This document shows positions 31,418 through 39,918 of a stretch of DNA of 64,000 nt, piece by piece. Both the position numbers and the translations under genes were made by a program. Positions within the stretch are counted from its first letter, which is position 1. Each line of letters starts with the position of its first letter. Source of the DNA: an uncultured Candidatus Rokubacteria bacterium (lineage in GTDB: Bacteria > Methylomirabilota > Methylomirabilia > Rokubacteriales > CSP1-6). The notes below the pieces were generated by a model. That model saw only the letters and a program-made list of their open reading frames with translations, was not told the origin of the DNA and searched no databases. The stretch lies in assembly GCA_963771355.1 (NCBI GenBank), contig CAVYTA010000005.1:288001-352000 (forward strand), written 5' to 3'.

Positions 31418-34400
31418 TTACTTCCTGATCTCGAGAAGGATGTACATCACCGGCGACGTACCGTTGCCGAAGGGTGACACGCGAATCGTCAACGGCTTTC
31501 CCGCTCCCCACGTGGAGTTATTCGGGATGGCGAGGTTGTACATGTACTTGCTGTCGACCTCGCGCATTACTCCCGTCGTGTCGGCATTCGACACGGAAAG
31601 CGTGTCGATGTAGTTGCTCGCCGATTCGGTGCCCGCACTGCTGACAAAGTCACCGTTGAGCAACTGGATCGCCGGCGCCAAGCCGCTCCGGTGTCCGCCG
31701 CAGCCGAAGTTGATCTTGACCGGCACGACCCGGCCCTTCTGGACGAGGTTGGACGTCCCCTCTCTCAGCGGCTCGAGGAAGTTACCGTTCCAGACGGTCA
31801 CTGCAGTCGAGGGGAAGGATGTGGAGACCCCACCATCCTTGTCCTTCGCCAGTGCGGCGACGGTGTAGGAGCCGCACACCCCGTAAGACGTCGCGAAGGT
31901 GTTTGTGTGAGGTTCACCGAACGTCACGCCACCGTTCCACGACCACCGCAATCCCGCCGCCATGTCTGCGCTCGAGGGATCGGTCGCCGTCCCCGTGAAG
32001 GTTACGGTCTCCCCCACGAGGACGCTCGTCGGGCTCGGCGTCACCGCAGTGATCGTCGGCGCCACATTCGTCACGTTGATCGTCTTGCTGTCGTTCCCGA
32101 CGCCCCCGTCCTTGTCCGTCGCCGACAGCTCACCACATAGGTCCCGTTATCGTCCGGCGTGAAGCTGAAGCCCGCGTCACTCCCCGTCGACCCGAAGGGA
32201 GCCCCGTTCTTCGTCACGCTCCAGCTCCGCGTGAACCCAGCGGCGGTGTCCTGCGAGCTCGGGTCCGTCACGGTGCTTCCCAGATTGATCGCGGTGCCCT
32301 CGGGGCTGCTCGCCGGTGCCCCCGTGATGGCTGCCGTCGGCGGCACGTTGGTCACGGTGATCGTCTTGCTGTCGTTCCCGACGCCGCCATCCTTGTCCGT
32401 CGCCGACAGGCTCACCACATAGGTTCCGTTGTCGTCCGGCGTGAAGCTGAGGCCCGCCCCGATTGCCCGATGCAAACGGGCTCCCATTCTTTGTCACGCT
32501 CCAGGCAAACGTGAACCCGGCGGCGGTGTCGGCCGAGCTCGGGTCCGTTACGGTGCTTCCCAGAGTGATCGTCGTGCCCTCGGGGCTGCTCGCCGGTGCC
32601 CCCGTGATGGCCGCCGTCGGCGGCACGTTGGTCACGGTGATCGTCTTGCTGTCGTTCCCGACGCCGCCATCCTTGTCCGTCGCCGACAGGCTCACCACAT
32701 AGGTTCCGTTGTCGTCCGGCGTGAAGCTGAGGCCCGCCCCGATGCCCGATGCAAACGGGCTCCCATTCTTTGTGACGCTCCAGGCAAACGTGAACCCGGC
32801 GGCGGTGTCTGCCGAGCTCGGGTCCGTTACGCTGCTTCCCAGATTGATCGCGGTGCCCTCGGGGCTGCTCGCCGGTGCCCCCGTGATGGCTGCCGTCGGC
32901 GGCACGTTGGTCACGGTGATCGTCTTGCTGTCGTTCCCGACGCCGCCATCCTTGTCTGTCGCCGACAGGCTCACCACATAGGTTCCGTTGTCGTCCGGCG
33001 TGAAGCTGAGGCCCGCCCCGATGCCCGATGCAAACGGGCTCCCATTCTTTGTGACGCTCCAGGCAAACGTGAACCCGGCGGCGGTGTCGGCCGAGCTCGG
33101 GTCCGTTACGGTGCTTCCCAGAGTGATCGTCGCGCCCTCGGCGCTGCTCGCCGGTGCCCCCATGATGGCTGCCGTCGGCGGCACGTTGCTGACCGTGAGG
33201 GAGAACGTGGTCGTCGCGGTCCCGCCATTACCGTCGTTGGCGGTGATCGTCACGGTTTGACTCTGAGCCGGACCGTCGGTCGTGGCGAACGACCAGCTCC
33301 AGGTGCCGGCCGCATTGGTCCCGGACTTGCTGACTGACCCGACGGAGGCGGATAGCGCGACCGTGTCGCCCGCGTTCGCGTCCGACCAGGTCCCGGAGTT
33401 GGAAGCCGTCGCACCCTCGTTCACAGCCACTGATCCGTTGTTACGTGCGATGGTCGGCGGGGTGTTGTCCGGCACGAGGGCAAAGTTCTTGCGCCGTGAC
33501 CGGCGTGGTATTGGTGATCGCGAACGAGGGGTGAGGTCTTGCGTCACGTATCCGTGATTTCGAAGCGGTGATCGAGATCGTGGCATTGAATTGCCAGCAA
33601 ACTGAACGGTTAGCGTAGTAGTTTCCCGTCGCGTCGGCGCTCGTCGTGGTGTTGAGGTCCCATTGCAGCCATTGGCCGCGGGTGGCAGCTGAGCTGCTGC
33701 CCGCGATGCGGAGCATTGCGTGCTGGCGTGCCCTTCACAGTGCCGCTCACCGTTTGATTCGCGTCCGCCCGGTACGGCCCCACGAACGGCCCGCCCTCGG
33801 CCAGGGGGTCGGCGCCGGCGGGCTGGATGGACTCGGTCGCCGTCGAGGCGAGGGCGCGGGCCATATTGATGCGCCCGTTGCCGGTCTGGATCTGGGTGCC
33901 GGCGGGGTCGGCGGTGCTGGCGATGCGGAAGACGATGACGCCATTCGAGAGCGTCGGGTCGACGGCCTTCATGAACGCGGCAAGACCCGCGACGTGGGCG
34001 GCCGCGGCCGAGGTGCCGTTGATCACCGCGTAGGCGTCACCGGAGCTCGTCGTCGGGATGTCGGTGCCGGGGGCGGCGATGAAGACCGCCTGACCCTCGT
34101 TGCTGAAGGCGGCTTGCGCGTCGTTCTGGTCGGTGGCGGCCACGCCCATCACGCCGCGGTCTCCGGCCGGGAACGCCGGAGTGCTCAAGGCGCTGTTGCC
34201 GGCCGAGGCCACGAGTACGACGCCACGCGACCACGCGTAGTCGATTGCCTCCTGGAGCGCGGGGCTGAAGCCCGGGTTGCTGAACGCCATCAGGATGACG
34301 TGGGCGCCGTGGTCGACTGCCCATATCACGCCTGCGATCACGTCGCTGTCGAGGCCCTCGCCGTTCGCGTTGAGCACGGTCACCGGCATGATCCGCACGC

Positions 34401-34998
34401 CGTCGTAGGCGACACCGGCGATGCCGTCGGGCGACGTGCCGCCGGTCTGGGCGGCGATGATGCCCGCCAGCCACGTGCCGTGGCCGCTCGGATCCGTCAT
34501 CCCGTTGGAGCCATCCAGGATCGAGGTCCCGGGGACGACCACGCCGGCCAGCTCGGGATGGAGGGCGTCGACGCCGGTGTCGAGGATGGCAACTTTGGCA
34601 ATACCGGTCGGAGTCACCGTTCCGAACACCTGGTCCCAGGCGATCTTCGGCAGGGCCCACTGGTCCGGGTAGAGGGGATCGCCAGGAACGGACTCGGAAA
34701 GACGGACCTTGTTCTCTTCGGCGCGTTCCACTCGAGGGTCGGCCTGGTAGCGGGCGAGGGTGTCGGCGAGCTCGGCGGCCGGGACACCGATCACGTAGAG
34801 GCGAAGGGCGGGGATGGACGATCTGAGGATGCCGCCGTTGCTTGCGATTACGTCGACCTGCGCTTGATCCGTGAGGCCGGCGACCAGCTTCATGATGATC
34901 GACGCTGGCGGCGCCGATTGCGCCGACGCCAAAGCCGGCAGAAAGAGACCACCGACCAGGCCGATCAAGGCCACGAGCACCGCGAATCGCTTCAACAT
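31418..34998 (-). CDS. Secreted S8 subtilisin-like peptidase with tandem PKD/Ig-like repeats and a PxKF-like C-terminal domain (multiple frameshifts)
   Basis: Signal peptide from ATG 34998; ILDTG/HGT/SAGN/GTS motifs; continues through ORFs 33441-33716, 32177-33586, 32071-32487 and 31418-32074 (GRVVPVK). Confidence 0.85.
32071..33190 (-). repeat. About 4 tandem 279-bp coding repeats (93 aa, PKD/Ig-like)
   Basis: Near-identical unit NVPPTAAITGAPASSPEG…FTPDDNGTYVVSLSATDKDGG; period 32709 to 32988. Confidence 0.9.
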
Positions 34999-35061
34999 GT
35001 TGTCCCCCGTTTGCGCTTTTCGATCGTTCGACAGACCACCCGCGTCACCTATAGAACATAG

Positions 35062-35117
35062 GCATGACCCGTGCCATCCACCGAGCGTGCCGAGGACAAC
35101 GTAATAACAGCCACTTA
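35062..35117 (-). promoter_or_regulatory. Sigma54 -24/-12 promoter plus IHF-like site for the S8 peptidase gene
   Basis: Minus strand TGGCACGGGTCATGC (GG-N10-GC, 35076-35062); TAACAGCCACTTA at 35105-35117 has one mismatch to WATCARNNNNTTR. Confidence 0.6.
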
Positions 35118-35239
35118 CGGAGCGATTCACTGGGAGGAACAAAATGGTGTAAAAGAAGTCGACGGATTTCGGCCGAAGGGCCCTCCAAAAGGGAGGCTCG
35201 AGCAGACGATCAGGCGGACGAGCGCCGCGGTGCTGTTAG

Positions 35240-35345
35240 GCGGTGGGTACTGCGATCGACGCCGCGGGCGTCACCCTCAGATGCGGGCGTATCACGAGAG
35301 CGGGAGGAGGAGTCCATCCGGCAGGCGCCGCGCCGGCCCGAGCCG
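35240..35345 (+). repeat. Degenerate duplicate of the gspD 3' end (copy 2)
   Basis: Translates GTAIDAA…/EESIRQAPRRP versus GspD GTALDAA…/EQSIRQAPRQP. Confidence 0.8.
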
Positions 35346-35367
35346 CGCGGCGCCTGCCGGAGCCCTT

Positions 35368-36114
35368 CTATTCGCTGGTGGTGTCGGGCAGGCCAACCTG
35401 TCGAAGCAACGCCGAGCGCTGCGTCTTGAGGGCTGGATTCTCCGGAGCCTGATCGATCAGGTCGTTCAGCGCCGTCATTGCGTCGTACCAGAGGCCGGCT
35501 TCGGCGTACAGGGCGGGCAGGTCCGCCTTCGGTGTCCCCGAGGCCTTGGTGGCCAGCCCGTCAGGCAGGGCGACCCGCTCGACGGACCCGCCGGCCAGGA
35601 TGTCCTTCGACCGGCGTCCGGTGTCGGGCATGACGGCGACGTACCAGTGGTAGGCGACCCCGGGCGCCAGCCGGACGCCGTGGTCGGCCAGCCGGACGCT
35701 ATGGACGCCCGCCTTGACCGGCGGCTCGATGCGCAGCTCGACGAGGGGGTCGCTCTTCTGCGGATCGACGAGGGTAAGCTCGACCGGGTGTGAGCTGGGG
35801 CTGGAGATGAACCAGTACAGCACCGGCTGCTCGCTGGACGTCAGCCCCGTGTGGGCCGGCGCCAGGACCGAGAGGATGAACGCCTCACGGCCCGTTCCGC
35901 GGGTGCCGCCACCGACCCGGCCGCCGGGGGCCCCCCGCAAGGGCGGCTTGTAGACCGGCGCCGACGCGGTGGCCTTGGCGTCGGGGGTCGCAGCCGCCGG
36001 CGGTTTCTGCTGCGCATGGCCCGGGGCCACGGGGACAAGGACCGTGAGGGAACACAGGGCGATGGATGCGATCGCGATGCGCTCCAGGGCCAAAAACCTC
36101 GACGCTGCGCTCAT
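35368..36114 (-). CDS. DUF928 family exported protein
   Basis: Signal peptide; YKPPLRGAPGGRVGGGTRG, GLTSSEQPVLYW, YAEAGLWYDA, LLRQVGL. Confidence 0.85.
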   Translation of the reverse strand: MSAASRFLALERIAIASIALCSLTVLVPVAPGHAQQKPPAAATPDAKATASAPVYKPPLRGAPGGRVGGGTRGTGREAFILSVLAPAHTGLTSSEQPVLYWFISSPSSHPVELTLVDPQKSDPLVELRIEPPVKAGVHSVRLADHGVRLAPGVAYHWYVAVMPDTGRRSKDILAGGSVERVALPDGLATKASGTPKADLPALYAEAGLWYDAMTALNDLIDQAPENPALKTQRSALLRQVGLPDTTSE

Positions 36115-38171
36115 TGCTGTGCCTCCCGCGGCAGCCCGGTTCCGGCGACGCGTGACGTCGCGCGGGGAGGGTCTCCCGCCTGTAACGGTCGCGACCCGGC
36201 GAGGGACTCGGCCGAGCTCTGGACCGGCTCCGGCTTCCGCTCGCCTAGCACTCGATAGATCGTGACCAGCTGCTGTTTCCCTTTGAGTCGCTCCTCGGCG
36301 ACCCACTCGGTGTCGAACACGTCAGCCACGTACGCATGCGTGGAGTCCCCGATGAGGGTCCGGCATGGTCGGGTGAGAGGATCGGGCGGGTGCACGTCCT
36401 TGTCGAAGCTCTCCAGTCTCGAGGCGGTGTTCAGGGTGTCGCCCACCACAACGTACTCCCAACGATCGGTGCTGCCAAGGGTGCCCGAAACGGCCTCTCC
36501 GGTGACGATCCCGACCCGCATGCCGGTGACCGGCCTCCCGGCCGCCAGCCAGACCTGGTTGAGCTCGAGCAACCGGCGCTCCAGCGCCAGGGCACACCGT
36601 ACGGCGTTGACCGCATCGCGGGCGATCTCGGCCTCGGTACGCCGGGGTACCGGCACGCCGAAAAGGGCCACGATCGAGTCGCCGGCATACTGTCGGATGA
36701 CACCGCCGTGACCGCTGATCTCCGGCGCCAACGCGCCCATGTATTCGTTGAGCCAATCCATGAGCGACTCCGGGCCGACACGCTCGGAAACGGTCGTGAA
36801 TCCGGTCAGGTCCGTGAACAACGCGGTCACCACGAGGCGCTGGGGGCGGGGCCGGCCGCCGCCGGCGAACTGTTCCCGGTCGCGCCAGATGGCTTCTGCC
36901 ACTTCCTTGGACACATGCTGCGAGAAGAGACGCATCAGCATACCGCGTTCCGCGCTCTCTCGATAGGAACGATATGCGACCACAAAGCCGGTCGCGCCGA
37001 GCCAGGCGAGCCCCGGCGGCACCACCGGCCACCACCACCCTTTGACAAAGGCGACGTAGGCGGTCCCCGCGATCAGGATGAGACCCACGGCGACGGCCAC
37101 GGTCAGGCTGAACGCGTTGAGCGTCCGGACGCCGAGGAATGCTCCCAGGCCGGCCCAGAGGAGGACCCACAGCCAGCCAAGCCACAGGGGAGGGCTCCAG
37201 AGCGGACGCTCGCCCTTGAGCGCGGTGCGGAGGAGCTGGCTGACGAGGTGAGCGTGGATCTCGACGCCCGGAACTTGCTGTTTCGGACGCAGCCCGGCGC
37301 TGAGCGGGGTGTAGAAGTCGTCCTTGACGCTCTCGGCGGTCACTCCGATCAGGACGACGCGGCCTCGTACCAGCTCGGGAGGCACTTCGCCCCGCAGGAC
37401 GGCGCCGAGCGAGACCCGCTGGAACGGCCCGGGGCCGGCGAGATAGTCGACCAGGAACTGGTAACCACCGGCGTCCAGGCCGACATACGGCCCATCGTTC
37501 GGCCCGAGGGGGCGGATCGCGGTCGGACCGAGCTTGACGAGGGACGCGTCGGCGGCATCGGCGCCGAGCCCCAGTCCCTCCGGCTCCAGATAGTGCAGGG
37601 CCAGGCGAAGGGCGAACGCGTACAGCGCCGTCTCGCCGTCGTCCAGGAAGAGAAGGCCTCGCCGCACGATGCCGCCCGAGTCGACGACGATGTCGTTGAA
37701 GCCCACCTTCTCCGTGCCTTTCACCACCCGGGGCGGCGCCACCCCGGCCGAGGAGCCGTCGGCGAACTTCGTCACCACCACGACCGGCTGCGGCCCGCGA
37801 AGAATGAAATCGAGCTCGAGGGAGCCCGGCGCCACCGGCACGTCTCGATAGATGTCCAGCCCGATTGCCCGGGGGCCGAGGGCGAGCAGCGCGTCGAGCG
37901 TCTGCGCCAGCACCGCGTCGGTGAGCGGCCAGGTGCCCAGCTCCTGGATGTCGCGCTCGCTGATGGTCACCACGACGATGCGGGGGTCGGGCATCGCGTC
38001 CGGCCCCGGCGCCCGGATCCGGAGGAAGCGGTCGTAATGAGCGAGCTCCGCCGGCTCGAGGAGCCGCAACCCGCGCAGGCCCAGCACGATCGCGGCGACG
38101 GCGAGGGCGACCACGATGGGGACGACCCAACCGGGAAGGGAGGTGGGCAGCACGAGTCGGAGTCGGCGCAT
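36111..38171 (-). CDS. CHASE2 sensor - class III nucleotide cyclase
   Basis: TM, CHASE2 (WPLTD…AIGLDIYRD…PGVEIHA), three TMs, cyclase FTDLTGFT…AGDS…GDTLNTASRLE. Confidence 0.9.
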   Translation of the reverse strand: MRRLRLVLPTSLPGWVVPIVVALAVAAIVLGLRGLRLLEPAELAHYDRFLRIRAPGPDAMPDPRIVVVTISERDIQELGTWPLTDAVLAQTLDALLALGPRAIGLDIYRDVPVAPGSLELDFILRGPQPVVVVTKFADGSSAGVAPPRVVKGTEKVGFNDIVVDSGGIVRRGLLFLDDGETALYAFALRLALHYLEPEGLGLGADAADASLVKLGPTAIRPLGPNDGPYVGLDAGGYQFLVDYLAGPGPFQRVSLGAVLRGEVPPELVRGRVVLIGVTAESVKDDFYTPLSAGLRPKQQVPGVEIHAHLVSQLLRTALKGERPLWSPPLWLGWLWVLLWAGLGAFLGVRTLNAFSLTVAVAVGLILIAGTAYVAFVKGWWWPVVPPGLAWLGATGFVVAYRSYRESAERGMLMRLFSQHVSKEVAEAIWRDREQFAGGGRPRPQRLVVTALFTDLTGFTTVSERVGPESLMDWLNEYMGALAPEISGHGGVIRQYAGDSIVALFGVPVPRRTEAEIARDAVNAVRCALALERRLLELNQVWLAAGRPVTGMRVGIVTGEAVSGTLGSTDRWEYVVVGDTLNTASRLESFDKDVHPPDPLTRPCRTLIGDSTHAYVADVFDTEWVAEERLKGKQQLVTIYRVLGERKPEPVQSSAESLAGSRPLQAGDPPRATSRVAGTGLPREAQQ

Positions 38172-38172
38172 C

Positions 38173-39918
38173 TCAGAACGCCGCCAGCAAGAACTGGAAG
38201 TGCACGCCGGCCTGCCCCTTCTCCCCGTGGCGATCCTTGGTGACGATAACGTCCTGGAACGTGTCGGGGCTGCCGATGATCCTGACATCCCGCAGCCGGT
38301 ATCCGAAATATATCTCGAACTGAGGCTTCACCGACACGACGCCCGGGAAGGTGAGGGCCCACCGGAGGCCAATCCCCACACTGGAGATGTCGATGGGATC
38401 CGGCGTCTCCCCCACCGCGCTCCACCCGCGGCCGTAGTCGAAGAAGGGGGCGAGCTCCAGGTAGTCCGCCCACCGCGTATTGCGGACCAGGGGCACCCGC
38501 AGCTCGACCGAGGCCAGCAAGGCATTGTCCCGAACGAGCGTGTTTTCCCGGTAGCCACGGACGGTGAAGCGGCCACCGATCGACACCTGCTCGAGCGTGA
38601 GGAGCGGATCGGGGGTGAGCTGCACGTCGGCCCGGACGATCAGCTGGCTGTCCAGGACCGGGAGGCGACTCGCCCACTGGACCTGCCCCAGCCAGGAGAA
38701 GAATCTCCCGTCGGGCACGTCAGGATCGGAATTCACAGTGGCCCCCAGCGCGTCGATGCCGAACGAGAAGCGCGACCGCAGGGCGATGGCCTGGCGCTGC
38801 GTCCGGTGGACGAATTCCTGGGCCACGCGCAACGCGCTCACGACGGTCTCCCCGTCGTCCGTGGAGCCCGGCAAGAGCGGAAACCCCTTGCCGAGGAGCG
38901 ACGTGGTCTCCTTGAGCCGCTCGCCGATCAGCTCGACCGCCACCGCGGTCTGGGGCGTGCGATACACAGGCTGTCGGATTCCCGCAGTGAAGATCTCCGA
39001 CTCGCTCTTGATGTCCAGCTCCCTGAACTGCTCGTCGACGATGCTGAACGCATTCCGCCGGTACTGAAAGCTCGCCGTCGTGTCCCAGGCGTTGAGGGGA
39101 ACGGCGTACCGGAAGTCCAGCAGCGGATCCAGCCCGTCCGAGCGTCCGTATCGGAGGGTGAGGATGTCTCCCCAGCCGAGCAGATTGACGTTCTCGAGCG
39201 TGACGATGCCGCGCTCCGCGCCGACCGAGGTCGACTGGTGGTTGTTGAAGTCCAGCAGGAGGCGGAAGGGCTGGCGATCCTCGACCTGCACGTCGAGCAC
39301 GCTCTCACCGGGCCGGAGGCCGGGCTTGAGGTCCACCCGGAGGCGCTGGATCCGCGGATCGTCGAGGAGCAGCTGGATCTGGCGCTGGAGCTCGTTGACG
39401 TTGAGGGGGGCGGTGAACGCAAGCCGGCGGCGGAGGTAGCCGGTCCGGAACCACCGGTTCCCGCTGATGTTGAGCTCGCTCACGCCCCCCTCGATCACCT
39501 GATAGGTGACCTGGCCATCCTGGATGGTCTGGTCGGGAAGGATCACGCCCGAGTTCACGAAGCCCGCATCCGCGTACAGCCGCGACAGCTCGAGTCGGAG
39601 CGCCTGGAGATCTTCCTGGGTGAGATACCGGTTCTCGTAGCGCTCGGTGATCTTCGCCAGGGCTTCGGGGGGAAAGACGGTGCTGCCCACCACGTTCACG
39701 CGCTGGACGAACACGCGCAGACGCAGTGGCACTCCGATCTCGGGCTGCCGCGGAGGCGCCAGCGGCGGCAGGACTCCCTCGGGCTCGGCCGGGGGGACCT
39801 GGGCCCTCGCCGAGGCCGGTTGGAGCACGAGGAGGAGGAGGAAGACGATCGAGATGACACTCCCTGCGCGGCGGGAAAGCCGTGCTGCGCAGGCGAGTCG
39901 GTCGCTGCTTACCGTCAC
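38173..39918 (-). CDS. TpsB (ShlB/FhaC/HecB family) outer-membrane transporter
   Basis: POTRA region, GGRFTVRGY (VRGY motif), terminal Phe; GTGA overlap with the TpsA stop. Confidence 0.9.
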   Translation of the reverse strand: MTVSSDRLACAARLSRRAGSVISIVFLLLLVLQPASARAQVPPAEPEGVLPPLAPPRQPEIGVPLRLRVFVQRVNVVGSTVFPPEALAKITERYENRYLTQEDLQALRLELSRLYADAGFVNSGVILPDQTIQDGQVTYQVIEGGVSELNISGNRWFRTGYLRRRLAFTAPLNVNELQRQIQLLLDDPRIQRLRVDLKPGLRPGESVLDVQVEDRQPFRLLLDFNNHQSTSVGAERGIVTLENVNLLGWGDILTLRYGRSDGLDPLLDFRYAVPLNAWDTTASFQYRRNAFSIVDEQFRELDIKSESEIFTAGIRQPVYRTPQTAVAVELIGERLKETTSLLGKGFPLLPGSTDDGETVVSALRVAQEFVHRTQRQAIALRSRFSFGIDALGATVNSDPDVPDGRFFSWLGQVQWASRLPVLDSQLIVRADVQLTPDPLLTLEQVSIGGRFTVRGYRENTLVRDNALLASVELRVPLVRNTRWADYLELAPFFDYGRGWSAVGETPDPIDISSVGIGLRWALTFPGVVSVKPQFEIYFGYRLRDVRIIGSPDTFQDVIVTKDRHGEKGQAGVHFQFLLAAF

